The notes: generated by a model from the letters alone, not told the origin. Shown: positions 38,823 to 48,783, counted from the stretch's first letter. The stretch is 64,000 nucleotides of DNA from Brevinematales bacterium (GCA_020052515.1 JAGVOW010000027.1:199-64198), one strand, 5' to 3'. Translations and numbers: made by a program.

Positions 38823-40037
38823 TCACTGCCTATAATCTTTAATAAAGTCAGCGAAACGTTCCCCCACTTCCTGCAGATCTTCAATCGGCGGAAGAAATAC
38901 CACTCGAAAATGGTCAGGATTGGGCCAATTAAAGCCTGTTCCCTGAACAAGGAGCACTTTTTTTGCCTTCAAGAAATCCAGCACCATTTTTTGATCATCC
39001 TTTATAGGGCATATCTTGCTGTCAATCTTTGGGAAAAGATAGAGCGCTCCTTTCGGCCTGACGCACGACAATCCTGGAATCTCGGAAAAAATCTTGTGGG
39101 CATAATTCCTCTGTTCGTAAAGCCTCCCGCCAGGCGAAATAAGAGCAGTCAGGCTCTGGTGACCGCCCAGGGCTGTCTGAATGGAGAGTTGTGCCGTCAC
39201 ATTGCCGCAGAGCCGCATGCTGGCCAGAATATCCAGCCCTTCTATATAATCCTTAGCAATCGACTTATTCCCGCTTACCACCATCCATCCGGCACGAAAG
39301 CCCGGGATCCGGTGGGATTTGGAAAGTCCGTTGAAAGTAACAAAAAGCAAATCTTTTGATAAAGATGCCATCGGGATATGGACCGCGCCGTCATAAAGAA
39401 TCTTGTCATAAATCTCATCAGAAAAAACAATGAGCTTATGCTTCAAGGCTAATTCAATGATTTTCTCCAAAATTTCTTTTGGGTAAACAGCTCCGGTAGG
39501 ATTGTTCGGATTGATGACCACGATTCCTTTAGTCTTTGAGGAAATCTTCTTTTTTATGTCCTCAATATCCGGATACCACTCAGATTCCTCATCGCATAAA
39601 TAATGTACCGCCGTGCCGCCGGACAAATTCACAGCCGCTGTCCAGAGAGGATAATCCGGCGCCGGCACCAGGATTTCATCCCCATTATTGAGAAGGCCCT
39701 GCATAGCCATGACAATCATTTCGCTCACGCCATTGCCGACATAAATATCGCCCACTCCCACACCTTCTATATTCCTGGTCTGACAGTACTGCATAATCGC
39801 TTTCCGGGCGGCAAAAAGGCCTTTTGAATCGCAATATGCCTCCGCTGACTTGAGGTTTAAAATTATATCATGGACAATCTCATCCGGCGCATAAAGCCCA
39901 AAAGCCGGCGGATTACCGGTATTGAGCCGGATAATATTGAAGCCTTCTTCTTCCAGCCTTTTTGCTTCTTCCATAACCGGGCCGCGGATTTCGTAGCAGA
40001 CATTGTCCAATTTAGAGGATTTTTTAAATTCTCTCAT
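38823..40037 (-). CDS. alaA: PLP-dependent aminotransferase, AlaA family
   Basis: KLDNVCYEIRGPV, INPNNPTG, DEIYDK, NGLSK..R.PGFRAGW. Confidence 0.9.
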   Translation of the reverse strand: MREFKKSSKLDNVCYEIRGPVMEEAKRLEEEGFNIIRLNTGNPPAFGLYAPDEIVHDIILNLKSAEAYCDSKGLFAARKAIMQYCQTRNIEGVGVGDIYVGNGVSEMIVMAMQGLLNNGDEILVPAPDYPLWTAAVNLSGGTAVHYLCDEESEWYPDIEDIKKKISSKTKGIVVINPNNPTGAVYPKEILEKIIELALKHKLIVFSDEIYDKILYDGAVHIPMASLSKDLLFVTFNGLSKSHRIPGFRAGWMVVSGNKSIAKDYIEGLDILASMRLCGNVTAQLSIQTALGGHQSLTALISPGGRLYEQRNYAHKIFSEIPGLSCVRPKGALYLFPKIDSKICPIKDDQKMVLDFLKAKKVLLVQGTGFNWPNPDHFRVVFLPPIEDLQEVGERFADFIKDYRQ

Positions 40038-41326
40038 TGTTTTGCTCCTTTCATTCTCTTTTTCACAGAAAGCGCATGAGCACTCAGCCCTTCAAATTCA
40101 GCCATTGCGGCAATTTCATTACCATTTCCCCGGATGTAATTCTCCGACACCGACAAAAAGCTGGTGTGCTTGACAAAATCATAAACACCCAGCGGAGAAG
40201 AAAAAGCGGCCGTACCGTTTGTGGGAATTACATGATTAGGCCCGGCATAATAGTCGCTCACAGCCACCGGTGTCCAGTTGCCGATAAAGACCGCGCCGGC
40301 GTTATGAATATTCGCCAATATCTCTTGAGTATCTAAGTCCAGTATTACTTCCACATGTTCAGGGGCAATCCGGTTGATCAGTTCAAAACCCTGTTCAAAA
40401 TTATCGACACAAACCGCGAAGGCATTCTCTTCGAGTGATTTTTGAATAATGTCTTTACGCGGCAAAGCAGGCAATAATTTTTCCACTTCCTTTAAAGTGT
40501 CGTCAATAAATTTCCTGGAAGTGGAAATCAAAATAGAGGTATTGTCGCTCGTGTGTTCCGACTGAGCGCAGAGATCAACGGCGGCCCACTCGGGATTCGC
40601 GGAATCATCGGCGAATAGCACCACCTCGCTGGAGCCGGCTATGGCATCTATTCCCACCTGTCCCATGATCAATCTTTTCGCCGTAGCCACATAAGTATTC
40701 CCCGGCCCGGTAATCTTGTTCACTTTCGGGATAGTCTCTGTCCCAAAAGTAAAGGCCGCAATCGCCTGAGCCCCGCCCGCTTTAAACACCTGAGTCACTC
40801 CCAATTTTTCACACAATACGATTAATAAGGGATTGATCTTGCCGTTTTCCCTGGGCGGAGTGATCACATAAATCTCAGGAACTCCCGCGATCTTAGCCGG
40901 GATCACATTCATCAATAATGTCGAAGGATAAAAAGCCATGCCGCCGGGAATATAAACCCCCGCTTTTTGAATCGGCACAGTGAGCTGTCCGGTAAAACAG
41001 CCATCTTTTTGGTAAAACCAGGATTCCTGCTTCTGCCGGGAGTGGTATTGCCGAATATTTTCAGCCGCGCTCAAAAAATACACTAAAATCTGCTGGTAAT
41101 CTCTATTAACTACTTCCCGCGCTTCCTGCTTTTCTTCTTCGGAAAGAGTAAGTTTGAAATCAGCGCTTTCTACCCGGTCAAACTTCTTCGTGTAATCCAG
41201 AACTGCCTTATCGCCTTCTTTCCGGACATTTTCTAAAATCTCGCTGACTGTCTCCAGATATTTCCGGTCAATTTGAGCCACGCTCCTTTTGTAAGAAAGC
41301 ATAGATGAATAATCCATTATTTTCAT
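40034..41326 (-). CDS. hisD: Histidinol dehydrogenase
   Basis: GVYIPGG, GGAQAIAA, GPGN.YV, AQSEH, APEH, GPNHVIPT. Confidence 0.95.
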   Translation of the reverse strand: MKIMDYSSMLSYKRSVAQIDRKYLETVSEILENVRKEGDKAVLDYTKKFDRVESADFKLTLSEEEKQEAREVVNRDYQQILVYFLSAAENIRQYHSRQKQESWFYQKDGCFTGQLTVPIQKAGVYIPGGMAFYPSTLLMNVIPAKIAGVPEIYVITPPRENGKINPLLIVLCEKLGVTQVFKAGGAQAIAAFTFGTETIPKVNKITGPGNTYVATAKRLIMGQVGIDAIAGSSEVVLFADDSANPEWAAVDLCAQSEHTSDNTSILISTSRKFIDDTLKEVEKLLPALPRKDIIQKSLEENAFAVCVDNFEQGFELINRIAPEHVEVILDLDTQEILANIHNAGAVFIGNWTPVAVSDYYAGPNHVIPTNGTAAFSSPLGVYDFVKHTSFLSVSENYIRGNGNEIAAMAEFEGLSAHALSVKKRMKGAKQ

Positions 41327-41389
41327 AAGCTATTCCTTAATTCGTATTTTCAAAACTCACCCCCCTGGCCACCTCTGATGAACTTGTCA

Positions 41390-41495
41390 AACCACAGTGC
41401 CGTAATCATCTTGCCTGTATCAAAACTTTCTATACGTCGCAGGCTCGGTGAACAAGGGGCTTAAGCCCCTTGTTCACGATGGCTTCGCGGCACCT
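41390..41495 (-). repeat. Orphan copy of the RAYT upstream REP module
   Basis: CTGTATC..ACTTTCTATACGTCGC and GTGAACAAGGGGCTTAAGCCCCTTGTT match 6985-7044; no transposase ORF follows. Confidence 0.8.
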
Positions 41496-41552
41496 ATAAC
41501 CCTCTGCAGAGAAATCTCATCTTTTGACACGGGCAATGATATCACTTCCTTC

Positions 41553-42506
41553 TCACTTATATTTATCTTTCAGCAGCCAGCCTTTTAAATCCTCCGCCAA
41601 TCCTTCAAAGTCGGAATATATAGTCGATTCGGTAATCCCCATAGACCTCAAATCCGCAAGCATTTCTCTGCAATCCTCTCCGGTGCATTTTAGAATTATT
41701 TTCTTGAAGAATTTATTCTTGAATTCACTGTCATCAGGAATCTCTTCAAATCCTCTTTCTTTATGGCCATGGATTGTAAAACCGCTTCTCTGGGCTTTCA
41801 TATTTGAATGACAATGAGTAGATTGTACAGCAATAGGATATTCTAAATAATTGGATTTTAGTTTTTCTAATAAAATACTGTGTTCTGAGACGGCACTTAA
41901 TGCCTCTTTTTTATAATCTGTGAAAACATCTATTTTTTCCTGATTTTTTGACTGAATAAATTGCTTATCAACCATTTTAAAGTAGTATTCAGCAATTATA
42001 ATTTGAGGGGGAAATAAAGAATAAGAACCCGTTATGAATTCATTCAGTTTGAAGGGATGAATCATATAGATAGTTGGAAATTCATCGGGACTATTTTTCC
42101 GGTAGTCCTTTAAAGCAAAATACAATGCGATGAGTGAACTTTCCGTCCAGTCCAACAAGCGTGTCGGCAGCTTGTTATGCTGCATAAAGAAAAGCCATTG
42201 ATCGACTTTATCATATTCCGGGTGTTCACCTAAGATGGATGCTTGATCGCGGTATCTCCGAAACAACCAGAATTCATCGTAAATTTTTTTATCATCACAT
42301 TCAGGAGTTCGAAATACCCCTGGCATAAGCTCCCATTTCGAGGATTGCTGACCCCTGAACCAGGGAACAATAACGGGATCATCTTTTTGTTCAGGTTTAT
42401 CTTTATGAGGAGTTTCCCATTCTTTAGCAATGGCTTTTACAGTTTCCAGATAAGCAAACAAGTAGTTGAAATTAGTTTGAATATGAATTTCAAAGTTTAA
42501 ATCCAC
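41553..42506 (-). CDS. FRG-domain protein
   Basis: WFRGQ, L.PGVFR, MQHNKLPTRLLDWT, AQRSGFTIH. Confidence 0.9.
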   Translation of the reverse strand: MDLNFEIHIQTNFNYLFAYLETVKAIAKEWETPHKDKPEQKDDPVIVPWFRGQQSSKWELMPGVFRTPECDDKKIYDEFWLFRRYRDQASILGEHPEYDKVDQWLFFMQHNKLPTRLLDWTESSLIALYFALKDYRKNSPDEFPTIYMIHPFKLNEFITGSYSLFPPQIIIAEYYFKMVDKQFIQSKNQEKIDVFTDYKKEALSAVSEHSILLEKLKSNYLEYPIAVQSTHCHSNMKAQRSGFTIHGHKERGFEEIPDDSEFKNKFFKKIILKCTGEDCREMLADLRSMGITESTIYSDFEGLAEDLKGWLLKDKYK

Positions 42507-42520
42507 CGCTCACCTCCGGA

Positions 42521-43516
42521 TTACTTATAATTTCCGCCATCAATTCTTCCTCTCTGCCACTTAATATCCTCTTTCAATAATTTATCTACTATCAACTTAA
42601 TCTGATCGGCATGATTATAATATATAAAATGGCCACCTTGTAATTGAATGACTTTCCCATACATATTGTTGCTTATTATATCTTCATGCATTTTTCTCCA
42701 TTCAAATCCAGGAATTTTGTTGATAACCATAATGGCTGGAATGTTAGTCGGAAATATCATATCTAATAATTTTTCAGAGTTATTTTTATCAAATATCATG
42801 TTCACTTCATGGAGGATCGTCGGATTATTATAATTCCAACATGTCATAGTTTTAATTAGCATAATATCATCATTGCTGAATGAAGCGGATAAATCAGGAA
42901 AGCCTACTAATCCAGGAGTAAGGAATACCGCGGCTCTTATAATCCCAAAAGCACGTATCAGTTCCATGAATCTATTATAGAATGGGAGATTCGGAGCCAC
43001 TCCTTTAATGGATGCTTGTCGAGGAACAGCAATATCCAATCCGATAATAGCCTCAATTTCTTTTGGGTATGTATTTGCGTATAATAGCGAATAACCCCCT
43101 GAATGTGAATGCGGCATTAAAATGTATGGCGGTTGAAAACCAGCCAGTTTCAATGCCTCTCGCGTTTCTTCAACTACATTTGATGTTGACCGTATCTCAT
43201 CTGTTCTGTCACTCCATCCGTAGCCAAAATATTCAACAACAATAACAGTATAGTGAGTACTCAGCGCCTTAATCAACGGCTTAAAATCAATTGTAGGGCA
43301 AGCTGTTCCGAGTCCGCTCAAAAGGACTATTTTCTTTTCTCCACTTCCCTCAGAATACACATGCATTTTATTTCCATGAACAATTACAAGCTTTCCTGGC
43401 GCCGGATATTTTCTATGCTCAAAACTTGTCAAGACAGCATTAGTTGAAGTCAAAATAAATATAATTCCCATTATCAATATTAAAACAATCAAGATTATTT
43501 TAATAAGTTTACTCAT
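42521..43516 (-). CDS. Alpha/beta hydrolase, membrane-anchored
   Basis: GYGWSD, PHSHSG nucleophile elbow, GGHFIY. Confidence 0.85.
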   Translation of the reverse strand: MSKLIKIILIVLILIMGIIFILTSTNAVLTSFEHRKYPAPGKLVIVHGNKMHVYSEGSGEKKIVLLSGLGTACPTIDFKPLIKALSTHYTVIVVEYFGYGWSDRTDEIRSTSNVVEETREALKLAGFQPPYILMPHSHSGGYSLLYANTYPKEIEAIIGLDIAVPRQASIKGVAPNLPFYNRFMELIRAFGIIRAAVFLTPGLVGFPDLSASFSNDDIMLIKTMTCWNYNNPTILHEVNMIFDKNNSEKLLDMIFPTNIPAIMVINKIPGFEWRKMHEDIISNNMYGKVIQLQGGHFIYYNHADQIKLIVDKLLKEDIKWQRGRIDGGNYK

Positions 43517-43639
43517 TATTATTTCCTCAGTTTACAATCGGAATTTCACACCAATGCCCGCTAAGCAGGGCGTATACCTATGAGCCCCTATCGAAGCCCC
43601 GTTCCTATTTACATAGCCACTTTGACTCCCCCTCGTTAG

Positions 43640-43708
43640 CGCCCTCCCCCTTCTCCATCGGTCCCTGAGCGTTAGTCGAAGGGTGGAGAGGGGGCCGGGG
43701 GGTGAGGC
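43640..43708. repeat. Nested REP: CCTGAGC..GTCGAAGG unit inside the loop of a CTCCA..TGGAG REP
   Basis: CCCCCTTCTCCA-[tcggtccctgagcgttagtcgaaggg]-TGGAGAGGGGGCCGGGGGGTGAGG. Confidence 0.7.
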
Positions 43709-43762
43709 GCGTAAATTATAGGACGCCCGGCAAAAAAATCAAAAAAGAGGTTTTTACATAGG

Positions 43763-44127
43763 CTATTTTTTTGCCCAATCTTCAATCTGAATAGAACTTA
43801 TGCGCTCAAAGTGCGCTACATTGTTTGTAATTAAAATCAAATTGTTTTCAATCGCAGTGGAACCAATTAACAGATCAAAGTCGTCAATAATGCTTCCTTT
43901 TTTTCTTAAACGGGTTTTTTCTTTTGCATAGATGAGATAAATTCTTCAACTACTTTTTTGTTTACTTTTTTATTCTCGCTATTTTCAACGCCGAATTTTA
44001 ATTCCGCCACTGTTATCTCTGATATAAAGCAATTTTTCAATCCAATACTTTTTATCTTTTTATCAAGATTAAACAATCCTTTCAAGTAATAAATGCAGAT
44101 ATTCGTATCCAATAAATATTTTTTCAT
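43763..44127 (-). pseudogene. vapC: VapC/PIN toxin, frameshifted
   Basis: YLLDTNICI...ISEITVAELKFG in one frame; YAKEKTRL...DDFDLLIG.TA...TNN.AHF...IEDWAKK* continues in another frame from ~43930. Confidence 0.8.
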
Positions 44128-44369
44128 AACTGAATGTTTTTATTGTTAAAATGCCTGGACGAATAAACGAAATCAATCAGCTCATCCGCTTTTTTAGATG
44201 ATTGGAATTTCCCAAAAGAACGATAAAACCTGATTTCATCCTCATCTTTTTCTGATATGGAATCCGAAATTTTAGATATCAATTTTAACTTTTCATTAAT
44301 TGACAAATTTTTTAATAAAAGAAAATAATCGCCAATATTTACCTTTCCATTGATTAGCTGCGCATGCAT
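44124..44369 (-). CDS. Putative antitoxin upstream of vapC
   Basis: 81 aa; ATGA overlap with vapC. Confidence 0.65.
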   Translation of the reverse strand: MHAQLINGKVNIGDYFLLLKNLSINEKLKLISKISDSISEKDEDEIRFYRSFGKFQSSKKADELIDFVYSSRHFNNKNIQL

Positions 44370-44559
44370 AATTCCAAACTCCTATGAGAAAAATTGCTTT
44401 GCAATTTTTCGGCTATTTTAAAACCTTTTACTAATGCAATAATCCAATTCCGTGAAGCAGTTTACTGCGTAGGAATTGCGATCGGTTTATCTTACCATCT
44501 CCTTAACACATTTAAGTATAAATAAATTCAAAACAATAATCAAATAAATTAATGTCAAT

Positions 44560-45477
44560 TTATTCCATTTTCTCCCACCAGCCGCGGTGCATGCTCCATT
44601 TTTTTATGAGCCATTTCGGCAAAAGCTTAAAATGATACCCCAGCCGGTAGCCGCAGATTTTAAAGAGATTTCTCAAGAAAAATTCACCTAAAAGCCAGAA
44701 TTTTTTTGACTTCAATATAAAAGACAGTTCCGATAGAAGGTATTTGACCCCTTCGTCATTGGCCTTTCCAAATTCTTCAATGATCCAATTCTCATTTTTG
44801 TGAAAGCTTCCAATGTCAAAGTAACGTTTAAATTCCTGCCAGACCGTGTAATTGTGGGAATGACAGACGGCGGCTTCGGCGCTGTAGGCCAATTTGTACC
44901 CGGCCATGAGCATCTTCGCCCCAGCGTAAGTGTCTTCCGTGGAAATCAGGTTTTCTTTAAACCAGCCGATCGACTCGAGGGCCTCCCGGGAATAAGCGGA
45001 AAAAGCGTTGGAGAGGAAGGCTGTCTTGATTTTATATCTTGATTTGTCTTCCAGTGTCCTGACAAAAGACTCTTGCGGATAAATAAAGTTACGGGAATGC
45101 GCCGCGAATGGGCTTGCTTCAGGGTAAGGGATCTGCCTTCCATAAACCGCCCCAATCGATGGATCCGCCTGAATGGGGGCAATGATAGAAGAAAGGGCAC
45201 CCTGGTTCGCAGGTAAAGCATCCTGAGTCAAAAATACAATGATTTCGCCCTTCGATTGCTTACCCGCAAAAGTTCTGGTGCCGCCATGATCAAAGTTTTC
45301 TTTCGCTACCAGAATCGTTTTAGCGTCAAAAGAGCGCGCTATTTCTAAAGTATTATCTTTCGAGCTGGAATCAACCACGATCAATTCGAGGTCTCGAATG
45401 GACTGCTCCCTGATTTTTTTCAATAAAGCAGGCAGGTATTTACCCGCGTTGTAGGTAGGAATGATGACGGAAACCAT
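44560..45477 (-). CDS. GT2 glycosyltransferase (rhamnosyltransferase-like)
   Basis: VSVIIPTYN, VDSSSKD, FDHGGTR, LTQDA, ED, HSHNY, RYFDIG. Confidence 0.85.
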   Translation of the reverse strand: MVSVIIPTYNAGKYLPALLKKIREQSIRDLELIVVDSSSKDNTLEIARSFDAKTILVAKENFDHGGTRTFAGKQSKGEIIVFLTQDALPANQGALSSIIAPIQADPSIGAVYGRQIPYPEASPFAAHSRNFIYPQESFVRTLEDKSRYKIKTAFLSNAFSAYSREALESIGWFKENLISTEDTYAGAKMLMAGYKLAYSAEAAVCHSHNYTVWQEFKRYFDIGSFHKNENWIIEEFGKANDEGVKYLLSELSFILKSKKFWLLGEFFLRNLFKICGYRLGYHFKLLPKWLIKKWSMHRGWWEKME

Positions 45478-45480
45478 AGT

Positions 45481-46512
45481 TCATTGTACCGAAAGTTTTG
45501 CTTTGAGATTGCCGTTTTTATAAAGAAGTTCCAATATTTTTGCCAGGTCGTTGCCGGAAGCGCCTATTTGATTGAGCGCGTCGGCCAGATCCTGCACCGT
45601 CGCCGTGTTCTTGATCACCTTCACATTTTGCTCTGAAGCCTTATTATTTCCCCACGCGGGAGAGGAATTCCCAATATTTATTTTTGTCCCGCCGTAAGAA
45701 ATGGCCGCTTCTGTAATAATCACGTTACCGCCGGAAATAACTATCCCGCTTTTGGAATCGATCAAAACCCTCGCTTCTTCATCTATATCGACTTTGAGTT
45801 TGTTGATTTCCGAGACAAACTGATAAAGCGCCCTGTTCTCCGGCAAAGCCAGAATTATTTTATTATTCGCCACTTTTTTCACCGAATCCGGGTATTTGCC
45901 TTGAATGACCTCTACGACTTTATTCACAGCGGATAAACCCAATCTCTCCTGAACGGTAATATAAATCTGATTGCTGACATCCACCAGGTTGTTTTCAATA
46001 GCCTTCTGTACAATGGCCCCCTGCGGAACCGATCCGATCACACCTTTCGAATTTCTCTCCGTTAAGAGCGATCCCGAAGCGACCGCGTAAATCTGATTGT
46101 CACCGGAAATGAGCGGTGTAATGACTAATTCGCCGCCGTCCAATGACTTCGCGTCAAATATCGAAGATACTTTGATATCGATCTTTGAGCCCGGCTGGGA
46201 AAAAGGTGAAAGGACACTGCTCACCAATACAACCGCGCAATTTTTGGGCTTGAGCTCTTCCGGATTTATTTTAAAACCGAAATTATTGGCAATGCGGGAA
46301 ATCATTTCTTTTGTCTGAGAAGAGCTGGAATCACCCGTCCCTTTGAGCCCGACCACAATCCCGTACCCCAGTACCGGATTGTCCTGCATCCCGTCAATGG
46401 AAATGATGCTTTTCAAATCCAGCATAATCGGAAACAAGGGCTGACAAAACAATAACGGCAATAGGAAAAGAAAAATATTCTTTATTATTTTATTCGCTTG
46501 TTGCATCCTCAT
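45481..46512 (-). CDS. flgI: Flagellar P-ring protein FlgI
   Basis: N.VLGYGIVVGLKGTGD, KNCAVV, VSSIFDAKSL.GG.L..TPL, GNLKAKL. Confidence 0.9.
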   Translation of the reverse strand: MRMQQANKIIKNIFLFLLPLLFCQPLFPIMLDLKSIISIDGMQDNPVLGYGIVVGLKGTGDSSSSQTKEMISRIANNFGFKINPEELKPKNCAVVLVSSVLSPFSQPGSKIDIKVSSIFDAKSLDGGELVITPLISGDNQIYAVASGSLLTERNSKGVIGSVPQGAIVQKAIENNLVDVSNQIYITVQERLGLSAVNKVVEVIQGKYPDSVKKVANNKIILALPENRALYQFVSEINKLKVDIDEEARVLIDSKSGIVISGGNVIITEAAISYGGTKINIGNSSPAWGNNKASEQNVKVIKNTATVQDLADALNQIGASGNDLAKILELLYKNGNLKAKLSVQ

Positions 46513-47008
46513 CTATCCTTATCTTAAAAATTTTCCCGCTGTTCTTATTTTCGACCAGATACGCGCCTTTCTCAAGCTTTCGAACAATCCGAATCGGGGA
46601 AACAACCGAAATGCCGCCTTTTTGATAAATCAGTTCTGCTGAATTTTTCTGGACTTTTCCCAGATACAACCCTTCCTTAGCCTCCGTTTTTTCCGGTACA
46701 TTGGTCAAAACAGCTTCCTGATGAGAAGGTATTTCTATCTGTCTTTCAATCCAGACTCCACTGCCCACAAAAACCAAGTCTTTTATGGATTTTCCAAATG
46801 CCATCGAGATTTCTTGGTTGGAATAAAAACGGTCTTTGTCTATTTTAAAGCTCAGATTATTAGTAATAGTCCCATCTGTCAGGTCTTTAAGAAAAACAAA
46901 CGAATTTGTAACCGCCGCTTTTTCTTTCAAAACAATTGTCGTATCAGCAAATAAATGGCCGCTTATGGCCCACAGGCAAAGGAATAAAAAAGAAACCAGA
47001 ACCTTCAT
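46490..47008 (-). CDS. Exported hypothetical protein (possibly FlgA-like)
   Basis: Signal peptide from MKVLV; overlaps the flgI start; VENKNSGKIF end recalls FlgA. Confidence 0.55.
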   Translation of the reverse strand: MKVLVSFLFLCLWAISGHLFADTTIVLKEKAAVTNSFVFLKDLTDGTITNNLSFKIDKDRFYSNQEISMAFGKSIKDLVFVGSGVWIERQIEIPSHQEAVLTNVPEKTEAKEGLYLGKVQKNSAELIYQKGGISVVSPIRIVRKLEKGAYLVENKNSGKIFKIRIDEDATSE

Positions 47009-47039
47009 TTTACCTCTCCAAACAGCAATCAAGCCTATC

Positions 47040-47070
47040 TCCCCTCTTGGGAGGGGTTGGGGGTGGGTCA
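47040..47070. repeat. REP-like palindrome
   Basis: CCCCTCTTGGGAGGGGTTGGGGGTGGG; same family as 9561-9588. Confidence 0.7.
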
Positions 47071-47250
47071 TTCTGATTATATATCGTCATAAAATCAGAT
47101 TTAATAATTTTCCTTTGCACAGAAAAAATGCTTTTTTACCTTGCATCTTTGTGCAAGGCGCATAAAGAACTGTGCGAGAAAGTACGAAAAAAAAAGGCTG
47201 AAATTTATATTTCCTTTATTTTCAATAGATTAAAAATATTCTTGTTAATT

Positions 47251-47265
47251 TGGCATAATAATTGC
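47251..47265 (+). promoter_or_regulatory. sigma54 -24/-12 promoter
   Basis: TGGCAT-AATAA-TTGC, with a TTGCACA...TGTGCAA inverted repeat at 47115-47156. Confidence 0.6.
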
Positions 47266-47422
47266 TTTTATATATTATCTAAGTAAAAAAGCCCCCTTAA
47301 ATATATTTATGAAACCCTCCCCAAACCCCCGGGGAGGGTTTCTGCATGAGAGGGCACCCCTTGTTTTGTCTGAATATTTATGCTATAATCTTATTAATGA
47401 ATGTTTAAGGGGGAAACAAAAA

Positions 47423-47701
47423 ATGACAAAGAAAATCTTTCTTTTCGTTCTCTGTATGTTTTTATGCGACTTTCTGGCCGGCTGTTTAACAGAACCATCC
47501 ACCACAAGTTCTTCCTCCAGTTCCTCTTCTAGCTCGTCTTCCAGCTCCGGGCCCCTGACACTCGATTGGCAGTGCGCGACCAACGCAGCGGATTTTTACA
47601 ATCGTTACAGCCATTGCTCGGCGGTGTTCAACGGCAATATCTGGGTAATAGGCGGATTTGACGGGGTAAATGTACAAAATGATGTCTGGTATGCGCAGTA
47701 G
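47423..47701 (+). CDS. 92-aa lipoprotein with poly-Ser linker and a single kelch-like repeat
   Basis: Lipobox LAGC; R.SH.SAVFNGNIWVIGG...NDVWY. Confidence 0.7.
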   Translation: MTKKIFLFVLCMFLCDFLAGCLTEPSTTSSSSSSSSSSSSSSGPLTLDWQCATNAADFYNRYSHCSAVFNGNIWVIGGFDGVNVQNDVWYAQ

Positions 47702-47787
47702 TAAAGCCATCCGTTCTATTGACTAAAAGGCAGCTTTGTTGTAAACTATAATCCTGTTTTTTGAAAACTAAGAAAGAGGAAAAAGAA

Positions 47788-48771
47788 ATGAGTTCTTATA
47801 AAGCCGCTTTTGTAAAAACTTTTTTTGATAATATGGTATTGCCTTATTTAGTGCCGGAAAACTTCGATGTGCAGCCCAATAAATGGTACTTAGTAAACAC
47901 AAAGTTCGGGGAAGACGTGGGCCTGGCGCTTTCTTGCGCGAAAGAAATGAGCAAAGACAAATTTCAAATAAAAAAAACCGCCTCAGAAAATCATTCCAAT
48001 CATGATTCTGAGATTTCCGAAATTGAAATTGACGATGCTTCTATTCTTGAAACAAAAAATGAACATATCCCGCTAGAAATGGAAAACCTGCAGATTGAGA
48101 ATTTTAAATTTATTAAAGAAATTTCCACTGCCGACATAGAAGATTGGCACCATTGCAAAAAAGAGGAAAAGAAGGCTTTCGATTCAGCAAAAAAAGAAAT
48201 TGAAGATTTAAAATTAGAAATGAAGTTGATTAATGTGCATTTTCTTTACCAGAAAAAAAAGATCATTTTCAATTTTACGGCGGATAATAGAATTGATTTC
48301 CGCCAACTGGTAAAACGATTGGCAGGTATTTTTAAGACCAGGATTGAAATGCGTCAAATTGGAGTGAGAGACGCTGCGAAAGTATTGGGTGGGTATGGTG
48401 TGTGCGGCGTATTGAACTGCTGTCTGCGTTCAAATTGCCACATGAACTCTATTTATCTAAAAATGGCAAAAGATCAGGGTTTTGTTGTAAATTCAAGTAA
48501 ATTAACCGGTTCTTGCGGCAGATTGATGTGCTGTCTTTCTTATGAAGCCTCCTTCTACGCGGAAGAAAGAAAAAAATACCCGGAAATCGGCTCTATTATT
48601 CTGGATGGAGCCAAAAGTTACCGTATGCACTCACAGAATTATCTTACGAAAGAGATATTTGCTGTCGACGAACACCATCACCAGAAGAAATTTTCTCTTG
48701 AAAATTTAAAATTTTTCCGCAAGGATTCATCAGGCGTTAGCTTTTATAAGGTTCCGGAGATAGAAAAATGA
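47788..48771 (+). CDS. ricT: PSP1/RicT (YaaT) family protein
   Basis: FTADNRIDFRQLVK.LA, RIEMRQIGVRD, CG..CC, G.CGRLMCCL.YE. Confidence 0.9.
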   Translation: MSSYKAAFVKTFFDNMVLPYLVPENFDVQPNKWYLVNTKFGEDVGLALSCAKEMSKDKFQIKKTASENHSNHDSEISEIEIDDASILETKNEHIPLEMENLQIENFKFIKEISTADIEDWHHCKKEEKKAFDSAKKEIEDLKLEMKLINVHFLYQKKKIIFNFTADNRIDFRQLVKRLAGIFKTRIEMRQIGVRDAAKVLGGYGVCGVLNCCLRSNCHMNSIYLKMAKDQGFVVNSSKLTGSCGRLMCCLSYEASFYAEERKKYPEIGSIILDGAKSYRMHSQNYLTKEIFAVDEHHHQKKFSLENLKFFRKDSSGVSFYKVPEIEK

Positions 48772-48783
48772 TTTGAGGTAGGA

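Noticed and set aside
41340-44550. Integron cassette array
   Set aside because: No integrase, and the hairpins lack recognisable RYYYAAC...GTTRRRY ends.
47080-47112. sigma28 promoter for the flgI operon
   Set aside because: A GACGATAT -10-like motif is present, but TAAA is not at the expected spacing.
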